Source of the DNA: the human T2T-CHM13v2.0 reference genome, Homo sapiens
Direction: 5' to 3' (one strand)
DNA length: 64,000 nt
Assembly: GCF_009914755.1 (NCBI RefSeq)
Contig: NC_060939.1
The notes beneath the pieces were generated by a model that saw nothing but the letters and a program-made list of their open reading frames with translations, was not told where the DNA came from and did not search any database. Position numbers and translations under genes: made by a program. This document shows, piece after piece, positions 45,703-62,268 of this stretch (its first letter is position 1; each line of letters opens with the position of its first letter).

Positions 45703-48700
45703 GATAAAAGAATCAATCAACTAGACATAAAAATTCTAAATATGTACCGACCACGAGAGCGTATTTGCAAAATAACATGAAACAAAAACTGATAAAGAGT
45801 TGAAAGCAGAGATTCACTACTGTAATTGCAGACTCCAACACTGATAATAATGATAGAATTATTAGAAAATCAGCAATGACCTGCAATATCTAGAATATAT
45901 GCACATTCAGCTAAGAAGATCTAACTGCCACATAAAAACACTCCGCTCAATTACAGCAGAACACACAATTTTTTTCAGACCTTCATGGAATACTCATCAA
46001 GATAGATCATAGACATAAGTAGACATTAATCAAGCCTCAACAAACTTAAAAAAATAGTTTAAATTGTGTTATGTATTTTTTGTGATACCAAACTAGAAAT
46101 AAATAACAAAACAAGAGGAATCTGAGAACATGTGGGAAATAACGTATTTTTAAATGATCCATGGGTCAAAAAGGAAGTCTCAAATAATTTAAAAACAAAT
46201 ACATAGATGTGAATGATTTAAAAGATACAAAATATTATGTCAGATAGAACTAAAGAAGCGATTAGAGAAAAACTGATAGCAGTGCAGGCTTACATTAAAA
46301 ATGAGAGGTCTCAAGTTGATAATCTACATTTCTATTAACAAAAGTAGAAACAGAAGAGCAAAATAAGCTCAAAACAAAAAGAAAAAATAATAAAAAATCA
46401 AAGCAGAAATCAATAAAATTGAAAACAGAAAAGCAATAAAGAAAATTAATATAACCAAATATCTTTCAAATATGTTTATCAATAAAATTAATAAAACTCC
46501 AAAAATACTCAACAAAAGTAACAAAAAGACAGCTATTGCTCATGTCAAAATTAAAGTAAGAAATAACGCTCTTGATTCTGTAGCTTTTAAAAAGATAAAG
46601 AGAATAATACGAACAACTTCATGCTTATAGTTTCACCAACTTAAACGGACTAATTTTTTGAAAACACAAACTATCAAAAATTACCAAGATAAAATTAACA
46701 ATCTAAAATAGCTCTATTTCAATCAAATCAATTATTAATTAAAAGGTCCTGAAAAATAAAATTCCTGGCTGAAATAGTTTCACCGGAGAATAGTAATAAA
46801 CATTTAAGAAGTAATTATTACTAAATTTATACAAGCTTTACCAGAAAATAGAAATGAATTGAAAATTTCCTAACTATTCTTATGAAGTATTACACCAATA
46901 CCCAAGCCAGTGTACAAAAAAGAAAATAATTGATTAGTATTCCTCGCAAATATAGATATAAAAATCATTAACAAAATATTATGAAATAAAACTCAATAAT
47001 ATATAAAAATAACTACACACATGACCAAGTGTGTTTATTCCAGCAATACAAGGATGGTTCAACATTACAAAATCAGTCATTGCAATGAACAATATCAACA
47101 GGCTAAAGAAGAAAAATCAGATGATCATATCAATTGATGCATAAAATTAATTCAGCAAAAAATAAATATATATAATAAAAAACTCTTAGAAAATTAGGAA
47201 TAGAGGAAGACCTTCTCCAAATTTTAAAGAACAGGTAAAAACCCTACAGCTAAGATTATACTTGATGATGAAAAACATCCTAAAATCCTTCCTAAAATCA
47301 GGAATAAGGTGCTATAGTTTGGATATATGTCCCTGCCAAATCTCATGTTGAAATGTAATCCCCAGTGTTGGAGGTGGGGCCTGGTGAGAGGTATCGGGGT
47401 CATGGGAGCAGATCCCTGATGTCTTGGTGCTGTCCTCAGGTTAGTAGGTGAGTTCTCATGAGATCTGGTTGTTTTAAAGTTTGTGGCACCTCCTTCCACT
47501 CTCTCTTTGGCCACATGACCATGGCCATGTGATTCTGCTTTGGCCATGTGACATACCTCCTCCCGCTTCTCAGGGAGTAAAATCTCCCTGAGAGACCCCC
47601 AAAGCTGAGCAGATGCCAGTGCCGTGTTTCCTGTACAGCCTGAAGAACCGTGAGCCAATTAAACCTCTTTTCTTTATAAATTACTCATTCTCGAGTATTT
47701 CTTTGTAGCAACATAAGAACAGCTTAGCACACAAGGTAAAGATGACTACTCTTACTTCTCTTCTCAACATAGTTCTGGAAGTCCTCAACTAGCACAATAA
47801 TGAAAAGAAAGGAAACAAAAGGTATACAGACAAGAAAGGAAAAAGTAAAATTTTTTTCTATTTGCTGATAACATGATTGTCTGTGTTGAAAATCCTAAAG
47901 GATCTATCAAAAAACAGAGCTAATATAAATGATGCCAACAAGGTCACAAGATACAAGATAAGCATAACACAATCAATTTTTCATTCTAGATACCAGAATG
48001 TGCCCATGAACACTGAAATTAAAAACACAATGCCATTCACAACACTCAAAAATGAATTATTTAACTATAAATCTAACAAAACTGTGCAAGACTTTTATGC
48101 TGAAAAATATACAACAATGATGAAATAAATTAAAAATCCTAAATAAGTGGAAAGACATTGTGTTCATGGATTGGAAGAAACAGTATAGTAATGATGCTAA
48201 TTTTTTCTAAATCAATGCACAGGTTCAATGTAATTCTTATCCAAAATAGCCCACTTTTGTATAAATATAGAATTATCACTGTAAAATTTACATGCAATGC
48301 CCAGGGAACTAAACTAGCTAAAACAATTTCAAAAAGGAAAAATAAAAAGGAATGAATTATTGTATCTGATTTCAAGACTTATTATCTACATACATTAATT
48401 AATATTATGTGGTACTGACACATAAGCCAATGGAACAAGGTAGAGGGCCTAGAAACAGACCCATAAAATATACCTAACACACTTTTGAGCAAGATGCAAG
48501 AACTAAACTGAAAAATGTTCTTTTCAGGAAATGGTCCTGCGGCAATTGTATATGCATAGACCAAAAGGAAAAAAAAAACAAAAGAAAAATAATCTCAGCC
48601 TACATTTCATATAACATACAAAAATTAAGTCAAAATAAATTATATCCTTAAATGTAAATATATAGCTAAAAAACATGTTTAAACTAAAAGAAAACAAATC

Positions 48701-49965
48701 TTCAGGATCTACAGGAAAGCTACAATTTCTCAGACTTGACATCAAAAGCACAATACATAAAATAAAAAAATTATAAACTATAAACTTTCTCTTAGTGAAA
48801 ACCGGTGTGCAAAGGATAAACAGACCAAGGTACGTATTTGGAGAAAACATTTAAAATTATATATCTGAGGAAGGACTAGTATTTAGAACATAAAAAAGAC
48901 CTCTCTAACCTCAACAAAACAAAACTATACAGATTGCAAAAGGTCTTGTAAAAATGAACTCGAAAAACCAATTAGAATATGGGCAAAAGACATAAAGAGA
49001 CATTTCAGTGAATAGGATATGCAGATGGAAAACAAGCATCATATCAACATCATTCATCACCAGAAAATTGCAAATTAAAACCACAGTGATATATTATTAC
49101 CTAATACTACAAATCTATTACAATGGCAAAAATTAACAAAAAAGTGACAGCAGCAAATATTGCCATTTCTGTAGAAAAACTAAATCACTCATATATTTCC
49201 TGTGAAAATGTAAAATGATACAGCCGCTATAGAAAACAGCTTGGAGCTTGGTAATAAAAAAGGTATACAACTATTATTCAACCTAGCAAATTGTACTCTT
49301 GTGAATTTCTCCAAGAGTGGGGAGAAAGCTCTGTTCACAAAAGCCTATTCAACAAATATTTATAGCAGATGTATTCATAATAGCCAAAACCTTTGCTCAA
49401 TCAAGATGTACTTCAGTAGGTGAATGGTCAAACAAATGGCAGTACCTATGCACCATGGAATACTACTTAACAATTAAAAGGAATAGATCATTTATGTACA
49501 TATCAACTTAGGCAAGTCTCCAGAGAATCACACAAAGTAAAAAAATACTAACCCCAAAGTTTATATTCTGTATTGTTCTATTCATGATGAAATTTTAGAA
49601 ATAGAGGATAAGTTTAGTGGCAACATTTAAAATGAGTGGGAGAAATGGTGGGAGGTGTGTATGGTTATCAAAGAATAGAAAGGATCCTGACGTTGTTAGT
49701 GTTTAGCATTTTTACTCCTATTTGTGGATAAACACACCTACTCATCTTAAAATTGTATCAGATTTAATACACACATATATGTGTGTAAGTAAAACTGGGT
49801 AAGTCTGAATTAGATCAATGGATTTTATTGATATTAATATCCTGGTTATGCTATTATGCTATGGTTACGCAAAATGTCACCATTAGGGGAAACTGGATGA
49901 AGTATACAAGGGATCTCTCTGTATCGTTCCTTCTACCACGTGTGAATCTACAATAATCTCAATTA
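45703..49965 (+). mobile_element. Long old L1 (L1MC1/2-like): decayed ORF2 EN-RT-C-terminus plus 3' UTR
   Basis: L1 motifs throughout (catgaccaagtg..tttattccag...atggttcaacatt; ctatttgctgataacatgattgtc = FADNMIV; caccatggaatactac); L1MC-type end caccattaggggaaactgg...tgtgaatctacaat. Confidence 0.85.
47310..47731 (+). mobile_element. MST (MSTB-like) MaLR solo LTR nested in the L1
   Basis: TG...CA ends, ccaaatctcatgttgaaatgtaatcccc and gaaccgtgagccaattaaacctcttttc; 5-bp TSD (t/c)aagg. Confidence 0.9.
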
Positions 49966-51519
49966 ACAAATATGCTGCTCATAAGTGAGAGAGGTTCATA
50001 TGCCAAATATTTCCAGAAAAAAAAGTACTAAATTCATGATACTATAAGGTTTAAACAACGAAATAATTTATAATTACATAGGAAAGAGGATTTTTTAAAT
50101 TTAAAACTCATCAGGATCTGGCATTTTCACAAGGAAAAAGGAGTAAAATTAGCTGTACTAAGTATGAAGTCAGATGTGAACTATGATTATGACACAAACA
50201 TCATGTTTTATTTTCAAGGTCAATCCTGGGTGAGTATTTGTCTGTGGCCTAGTATCAGAGACCCACGCATCAGGTACAGGTAGATGGATTAAGTAGAGGA
50301 TTGAACAGAATAAACTAAAATAAAAAGATATGAAATAAATACATGCCTCAGGCAGTGAGAAATCTCAAATATTCTGGAGTAACACAATGTTTCTTATGGT
50401 GATGATATAAAAATATATCACTAAGATTATAATATACTGAGACGCTGCATCACCATTATCCCAGAGCTACAGTATGAGTGGCTGATGAAGAGTAATGAAA
50501 TTTTAATTAGCATTTTGGTAGCAGAAGATCAGTTCAATAGTCATTTTCATTTAATTGATAGCCTTTTGGAAGCTGGGATGCTTGTTTCATGCATGGACCG
50601 TCGCTTACCACCTGCAGGGTTTATTTGTATGGCTAGCTATTAAATCTCACCTAAAACCATCATGAAGCTAAATGCATATCACTTCTGTTTTAAAGTGCAT
50701 TTCAAGGAAAAAGTTCAAACATTTAAAGGGTCATGCTCTGTAATGGAAAAGAAGAAAACAATAGCTTTTTCTATTCAATATGAACCTTCATGGAGAAAAT
50801 TTAGAAACTATTCTAATTTTATGCTGGTTTAATGTTTAAATAAGCACATAAGTACATTTCTTAGAGTCCAATACTAGTACTTGAGGTAGAAATGATATTT
50901 TTAAAAAAATATTCTACGGATATGCTTTCAGGCATACAGTGGATATTGTTAACTGCCAATCCAGTATCATTCTTGTTTTTCTCCTTCCAAACAGAATCCC
51001 TTTCTCTTTTCAAACAGAAAGGTCTTTGAATATTCACCATTTTCACAAGTCTGTGCATCTTATTCAGCAGCTACTGAGTCTAATCTCGGCTCCAGAGAAT
51101 AGTTGGAGAAAATTAGAATGATTATATCTTCCCTTTCTGTATTTGAATCAAGAATGGCATGTCATCTAACCCAGAACAATAAAACAATATAAATAGTTGA
51201 TTACAGCTTCTGTGGAAATCCTCTCTGGTATTTTCAAGGGGGAGGGTCTCAGTTTCTACACAGAATCTGCAAAAGGGCCATCCTACCTTCTAAATCTCTT
51301 CAGCAGTTTCTGGTAATCTAGTGAAGACATTTCATGTAGGTACATGTACTCAGTCCTGTAAAATGCCATTTATATATCAAACAATACTTGGATTGATAAT
51401 CAACCATTCAATTTAAATATATGAAGATCACTGAGGACCTTGATAACATTAATTTCCTTGAGGTATTGGAAACAAAAGCTTTATGTAAAGCATTCAAAAA
51501 GATTCAGAGTGTTGGTGGC

Positions 51520-51686
51520 AGGGAGTGGGGGTAGAGAGATCATTAGAAAAAATAGGTAATGCATGCTGGGCTTAATACATAGGCCATGGGTTGATAGGTC
51601 CAGCAAACCACTATGGCACATGTTTACCTATGTAACAAATCTGCACATCCTGCACACGTACCCCAGAACTTAAAATAAAAATAAAA
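51520..51686 (+). mobile_element. Short L1PA13-16-like 3' end
   Basis: aatgcatgctgggcttaatac...cagcaaaccactatggcac...ccagaacttaaaataaaa. Confidence 0.82.
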
Positions 51687-51694
51687 CAGAAATA

Positions 51695-52120
51695 ATTGGA
51701 GACAACCAATATCCATCAACAGATGAATGGATACACTAAATGTGTTAAATAGACATAAAGTAATATGATTCAATCCCAAAAAAGTTCTGATATATGCTAC
51801 AATATGGCTCAACCTTGGATAAATTATACTAACTAAAAGAAATGAGACACATAAGAATAAATGATGTAACATTCCATTTACTTGAAATATTTACAATAAG
51901 AAAATTCAGAGAGAAGTTCCCAGGGGCTGGGGGAGAGGGAAACAGAAGTTATTACTTAATGGGTGCAGAGTTTCTGTTGGAAGTGATAAAAAAGTTTTAG
52001 AATAGATAGTGATGATGGTTGCACAGCAATATGAATATAAAATGCCACTGAGCTGAATATTTTAAAATGATTAAAATGACAAATTTTATGTTTTATATAT
52101 ATATATTTCACCATGATAAA
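51695..52120 (+). mobile_element. L1MB-type 3' end
   Basis: caaatatccatcaacagatgaatggata...atagtgatgatggttgcacagc...aaatgccactga. Confidence 0.78.
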
Positions 52121-55100
52121 ACCATTTAGACTATTAATGTAGATAATTCTCTGAAATAATTTTCTTTAAAATGAATAAAAATATTTAGTGCTAGTTGAAT
52201 AAGTTCAACAAAAGACTTGAAACTATAAAAGTAAAAAGATATTTAATTCCTATAAAGACACTTAAAGACAGCGATAAATCATGAATAATGGCATTTTGAA
52301 AATGTGACAGAAGAGAAAATTCAAAGAAAAACTGAAAGAAAAGTGGAAAAAAAGTCCCAAGAATAGGTTTTCCCTTGAAAAAAAATATCAGAAAGAGCTA
52401 TTATTTTTTAGACCGGACAAAGTTGGCTCTTTGGAAGTAATGAAGAGGTGGGTCTGACTGTATTACATACATATCAATGTGAAGAACAAGAGGTGTGTGT
52501 GGCATGTTAAATCATCCTGTGGACTCTATTGATAAGTGTTTTTATGTGGAGTGAATATATTATGAGGCTTGAAGTTACTAGACTAAAAATGCTATGAAAG
52601 GTTACTCTAATTAAAACCCTTCTAGAAGTGTGAAAGAAGTCACTGGTGAAGCACTTGCTCAAATGATCAATTTAATTCAGATTAATGAAATCTACAAAGC
52701 CACAAATAAAACAGAAGATATAAAATATTAGAAGATACCACACTTACATGCTAGATAACCAAAAACAAACTTCTTAGACATAAAATGCCAATAAATATAT
52801 TCATTTACTCTTAACAAATTAAAACATTTTTTAAAAATATTTTTAAAAATTAATCAATTTTAATTTATTTTATTTTTAATAAGAGAAACATTTATGCTTT
52901 TTTGGGTAGAATCAACAATTGTTTAACAGATTCTTTTTTTCCTGCCATCTCATGTTGCTCTGACTCAAATTAGGGCTGAAGATATTTGAATATTTGATTG
53001 CACCACAATATAAAAAGGGCTAATATAGATATAAACCCAGAAGAGAAAAACAAATCAGAAAATGAGGCTCTCTGGGGTGGGTTATATTTGTTTCACGTCT
53101 CAAAGTATGAATACACAACAACTTAAATTTAGCAAACATTAAAGAAGAATCTATGTAGTTAGTCTTAATCCCCAGGAGTAACAAAAATTACAAATACATC
53201 ATTTATGAGTGGTAAGTGCCATTTGATACTTGTGGAATAATTAACATTACAGTACAAAAAACAGATCAAATCTACATAATATTATTCCTCACACCTTCTC
53301 CTTTTAAATTATAAAATCACACTTGCTTATGTGACAAGATTTTGAGAGACTTAAATGAGATAATGTATGTAAGTGAAACTGTTATTCACTCTTAATGGCC
53401 GCACTGGATCTTGCATTGGTTATTCATTAAAGAACCACTCAGTAAGCACCTACGTACAAGGCCCTGTTTTAAGAACTGATGACACAGTGCATAAAAGCAC
53501 TTTATGCATAAAAGTACTTCTCTGCATAGTACCTTTTTATGCCCAAAAGCACTTCTCTGCATAGTTTATATCTTTCCTTCTGTCTTCGTTTAGTCCCAAT
53601 GTTTCATCATGAGATTGCAATAAAAATTCTCAATTTCCCCCTTTATTATTTGTGAAAATTATGGACATATTTGTAGCCATGATCACCTATCACTTTTCTA
53701 CTAACAACAGAGCTAGACTATGAAATGGCTTCAACTGTATATGTATTAGCAATTATATGTAACTATAAATTACATATAAAATAATTGTATATGTACATTT
53801 TATGCTATGCATTAATCACTTTTTCCTTTCTCAAAAATTTTATACATAGCTTATGACTCTGTAATTTATAATAAAATATATACACAGTACCCTAAACTCA
53901 CATTATCTTTGCAGCAGGGGAAATCAAAGAGAACAAAATCAAGATTCTTCTCTTTCCCAGAATTTTATATATATATACACACATATATATTCCTGTATAA
54001 AACAAACAATATCTGATAAACCATGATAGATAAAATCCCAGGTTATTTTTTGATTGACTCTTTCTAAATGTTGAATTGAGTTCTCATAAGAAGGCATTAA
54101 TATAAATTTTTATTATTACTACAACTTATACATTACCACTACAACATTGAACAAATATTACTAGCATCAATATCACTTAATATTTTTAATGTTTATTTGA
54201 CCAGTTAACTTTGTTTACATGAATTGAAGTACTCATCATTCAACATTTAGCAGATTTTTTAATGAAAAATAAAGACAATAAATAACATATTCAATACAAC
54301 TTTCATTTATCACCATTATCGAAGACCTACTGTGGACTTCACACTGGGTTTAACATATTTTATTTATTCCTTGATAAATTAATTACATTTTAGCTAATAT
54401 TGTTAATGAAAATGTTGAACAGTTTCGCAGTGCTTTAAAATAATCTACGTAGCATATTACATTTACAATGACATGAAAACTTCTAGAAACTTTTAACCAA
54501 TAGTTCTATTTGTCATCTCAACTTTTTGAGTAGGACAGTAAAATTCAAAGGGATACAATGATTTGCGTAATTCCACACAGCTAGTGTATGGTGATGAAGA
54601 TTTGAATCTAGCTGCTCTCAATTGTAACACTGCTCTCCTCTCATTATACCTTACTGACATTTACTAAGAGCACTGAATCTTTCTGTACAAAGCCTTCCAC
54701 TATTCTTATGCCTCCCCTATTTACCTAATTAATGTTTATAAAATATAGACAGTTTTAAGTGTATTTTTAGTTATTTTTATTTTTTTAAGTATAAGAAACT
54801 AGCCAAGTTAAAAAAAAGCATTACGATTGAAGTGTTTACAACCTTTGGTAATCTGAATATTTTCCACATCCATTCCAAAGATTATGTAGGTGAAAGGTAT
54901 TTTAATGTTAATTTTCAACTGGTAATATGGGGTAGTCATGTAGCTATCATCACTGAAAGAGGCATATTTTTTTTTAAATAGAGACTTTCTAAAAGAATTC
55001 TATTTTCATCAATATAAATTGAAGTGATTGCCATTTTCAACTATAAATCATTTACACTGTGTTTTAGGAAGCAGTACTTGTTCCTGTCATGATTCCAGTC

Positions 55101-56319
55101 CTTGACATTGCCGCTGATCATTAAACCCTGTATCTCCTTGTATTCATATAATTCAGACAGCTACCTTGGCAATGCAGGATGTCACATTTTCACAGTATTC
55201 ATGAACATGGAATGGGAGCCTCCAATTTCTGTAATCAAGATATTTGAGAGTTGATGTGCCCAAGGTCCTCTCTTTAATCAGCTGTGGTACTTCCCGCCCT
55301 GAACTCAAATTATCCCTGCAACAGGAGTAATCAAGGCAGAATAAAATCCAGGTTATTCTCTTTGGCCCAGTTTATCTCTCTACAGCCACGGGGAAGGCTG
55401 ATGCATCAATCAAGTCTCCAAATAAAAAGGTAATTATTTCTTGATTTCTCTGGAGCAGATGCAATGAGAGCAAGGTTGCTTCTACTGGGAGTCCCTACTG
55501 TGTTGCCAAACAGCAGCAGTTATCTTAGAAGACAGAAGCAATTACTTGCAAGATGTTCTTGTCTTTTTAGGTAAGGCTGAGTGCTAGTCATTAAAATTCA
55601 TCTGGCATTTGAGTAACCACTACAGGCCAGGCATAATGCTAGATATTTTTATATATATGTACATATTTTATATACATATATAAGTTAAATTTCTTTTAAA
55701 TTTCAGACATTTATGAATGCACTCACATATGCACAAAAATATTAACACTGTAAGGTTTGAATCATCTTCAAGTAAGAGTGAGGAAAAGCTCAGTGAGTGA
55801 GTGAAATGACCAAGGTCACTGAGCTAGTCAGCAGCTCAGTAGTACTTCAAACTTGTGTTTCTATCATCTTTCCACTACGTTTTTATTATGAGCATGTGGT
55901 AGTTTGCAAAGCCTTTTTCTAATGCATAACACACGCACTGATATATACACTACAACAGCTTGCCGTTGTCATCTTAAACGCTTAGGACAGCAGTTCTAAT
56001 CTTCTCTTTGTCCTAAAGGGTCCTTGGTGACAGGGGGATCACCCTGGATGTTAGCCTAAATTATTCTTTCAAACTTTATTTAACTCCCAATCTCCCATGT
56101 CCAAATGGTATAAAATATGTGAAATTTACCAATTAGCTAAATTTAGCATTCCATTTCTTCTTGATATCACTTGAGGGAAAATATACATTATATACTTAGT
56201 CTAATCATTGAATTAATATAATTGGATTACTGACTACCCAGATGGAAAGAAGGATGCCATCACTGCTGATGTATAGTACAGGCAGCCCCTGACACAAGTA
56301 ACAGTGTAATTCTTGAACT

Positions 56320-56415
56320 AGGGGAGGGTGCTACTGACATCTAGTGAGTAGAGGCCAGGGATGCTTGTAAACATCTGCAATGCATTAGACAGCACAACAG
56401 AGAACTGTGCTGCAC
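56320..56415 (+). mobile_element. MER20 fragment
   Basis: tgctactgacatctagtgagtagaggccagggatgct...aaacatctgcaatgca. Confidence 0.72.
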
Positions 56416-56899
56416 AATTTTGCCCTGAGAGGGCAAAGTGATGTTGGATGAGGTAATTGTCATCTCATGAATTCCTAAGAGACAGCATGTACATGAATAA
56501 CTGATTCATGCAGGTTTATGAAGACTCAGGTCCTTTCTGTGGCCCCTTATAGATCTGAGGGGCCCTCCAGATACAGACACCATCAGCTGAGAAAAGAATT
56601 CATTAAGAATGAAAACTGCTCCCTTGGCCCAATCTTGTTTTCTTTTCTTCCCTTTCCTTGTCTTTTACAGGAAGGACAGGAAGCAAGATTGGGCAGAGGA
56701 AGCAGTTTTCATTTATTAGGGGATTATTCTCAAAAACAGTCTCCCAATAAATCTTTTGCATGCTAATTCCCATATCAGGCCCTTCTTCTTCTGGAACCTG
56801 ACCAAAAAGGGCTGGTATCTGAACTGGTCTCAGAAAGCAGATGCTAAAATGAGATTTTGCAGTTGGATTATCCACTGCCCTGTTGAAAATGAGGACACT

Positions 56900-57272
<373 letters not shown>

Positions 57273-57295
57273 TTAAAATCTTCATTGGCGGAGGG

Positions 57296-57367
57296 ATGGT
57301 ATGCACTCAGTAGAAGAGAATGGTATGCACTCAGTAGAAGAGAATGGTATACACTCAGTAGAAGAGA
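57296..57367. repeat. 24-bp tandem repeat, 3 copies
   Basis: atggtat(g/a)cactcagtagaagaga x3. Confidence 0.95.
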
Positions 57368-57903
57368 ATGCACTAGATGATGTGGTGTGATGTGTTAAAT
57401 ATTTGAGAAATATTGGAGACGTAGTAGTTATAAGGAGAGTGGAATTGAGTAGCTTTGCTAAACTTGAAGTATGCCTTGAAGAAAAAGATAAAAATATGAT
57501 TCATTAATCTGAAATTAAAAGCTAAGCGTGAATGCCAGTGCATGAAAGCAAGTAGCATGTAAAGAGGATCTCATTTACTGCAGCTAGAGGCAAAGAATGT
57601 TGAGGACCAAACCAAAGTCTCAATCATAAGAGTAGAAGAGAGCTGTAAAAAAACTCTCAAACTAAGCAGGTCTGCTATAACCACATTAAAAACTCAGGCC
57701 AGGAAAGAATGAAACTCTCATGGAGTAAGAGCATCTGGATTATTACATCTAAAAATATTGTAAACTCATATCCCTTATATTTCAACATCGTCCGCAGATA
57801 TGACCAACACATTCCTGTTAAGGGGTGCCTCCTTTGCATCAAGATGACTTAGAGACCTCCCCTTCATACTACAAAGTATTCCACCCTCACAATGTGTTTC
57901 CAC

Positions 57904-60303
<2,400 letters not shown>

Positions 60304-61094
60304 TTACTCATTTGCAGACTACTGCAGGAAACAATGATGAAAGTAGCTTCTGCTACCAGGAAGATTATAGACTCTCTCTCTTATCATCTCCTCCCTTTTC
60401 TAGAGCCTACCATGGCACATAATAAAATATGTTATAAGGTTTTGGTGGACAATATAAATTTACAATATTTTGCATTTTTATTCATAAGTTTACAGAGTAT
60501 AATATGGCTTTAATATGTAAAAAAAAATTACTGTAAATAAAAAATAATAAAATGCTTAGGAATGACATTAACTGTGAAGTGTTTGGATAGAATATTTTAA
60601 TACTCCAGGTCATCAATAAATAATGCTTATTCTTTCTTTTTGTTGCTGTTATTCGTGTCCCTGAACTGTGGTCTCAACCACAACCTTGTTCTCCATCAAT
60701 TCTATCCCTGGGCAGAGCTCTGTCGATGACTGCAGTGCCGTGGCCTTGTGTGTGTGTCTAGCCATCACTCTGGCTCCCCGACTCCCTGCCAGCAAGTTGG
60801 CCCCACTGAGCAGCCCAGCATGGTGCATTTGGTGGCTCTGAGAAATCTGATCTCATGAAAAAAAAAATCACAGGCCTCTGAGTTTTCTAATTTTGCCTCT
60901 GTCATTTACTCCGAGTCATCATTAAGCAAATCTTGTTACTTATTTGAGCCATATTGAACCCGTGAGTTTGGAAAACAGGCATTAAAGTCTTACTCACAGG
61001 CATAAATTAAACGGCATTTCATAGGAAATAAACATTTTGTAAGCCACGATTTGCTCAATTGTGAGACGTTTTTGTTTGTTTGTTTGTAACTATT

Positions 61095-61690
61095 GTTTCA
61101 ACTGCAAAGTCACCAAAAACACTGAGTCATTGAAAACAGAGCAATGGTCCTTAGGAAAAATACAGGGTTAGGTTCCTGTGAATCTCTGATCACAACATTT
61201 TTATCATCTGATCAATACATAACTTTCTTTTATGTTATTTCTGTTTAGAAATACCTGATTATAATATATTTTTGATTTAACATTGAACTGACAGCCAACA
61301 ACATTATCTGCCTGAACGAAGCTCATCTAGCACACACAGTGTCTGTTCTCTCTAAGGCACGTTACAGCTTTCTTGTGTACAGGGACACTAGACAACATTC
61401 CAGCACTCTGCTTTGAGGCCATGTTGAACAATGAAATCACCAATACAAAGCAGAAAACGTGGTACTAAATAGACCACAAACAGACATGTGTTTATAGTAC
61501 GAGAGCTGAAAAAATAAGGAAGATTATCACCTTTTTTACTTCAGCTGTGCATGCCGGCGACTCAAATTTTTCACTGCTGTGAACGTTTTTACAAACTATG
61601 AAGGTGCCATGAGTATGGGGGTTATAAAGAAAATGTATTATTAGACAAACTTGCAAGTATGAAATCCACAAATAATCAGGATTGACTTTA
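61095..61690 (+). mobile_element. MER82-like Tigger-family DNA transposon
   Basis: aaatacagggttaggttcctgtgaatctctgatcacaacattt...; terminal aataatcaggattgact. Confidence 0.75.
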
Positions 61691-61814
61691 ATTATATGTG
61701 AAGGGCACGTGAATCTCCCTCACAGGTACCAAGCACAGGACACCTTATTCTTGTCTTGATTTCAGATCCCTGTTTGGAACCCCAGTATGCAGTCTTTGTC
61801 CTTCCTTCTATCGA

Positions 61815-62268
61815 TGTATTGGTCAAGGTTTCCAGAGAAACAGAACAAACATTACCCTACAGGATTGGCTCATCCAGTTATGGAGGCTGAGAAGTCCTAA
61901 GATCTGTAAGCTGGAGACCCAGGAAAAAAAATGTGTAAGTTCCTGTCCAAGAGAGCAAGCTTGAAACCCAAAAAGAGCCTATGTTTCAGTTCAAGTCTGA
62001 AGGCAATAAAACACCAATGTCCCAGCTCATACAGTCAGGTAGGAGTTCCCTCCAACTCATGGGAGGGTGTGTTTTTTTATTCTAGTCAGACCTTTAACTG
62101 ATTGGATAATCCCCACATACTTCAGAGATGACAATCTGCTTCTCTTCTGATTCTAATGATAACCTCATCCCAAAACAGCCTCACAGGCACATCCAGAATA
62201 ATGTTTGAGCAGGTATCTGCACATCCTCCTGTGGCCCAGTCAAGTTAACACGTAAAATTAATCATCAT
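61815..62268 (-). mobile_element. MLT2 (MLT2B-like) solo LTR
   Basis: tgtattggtcaaggtttccagagaaacagaac...gtggcccagtcaagttaacacgtaaaattaatcatca. Confidence 0.82.
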
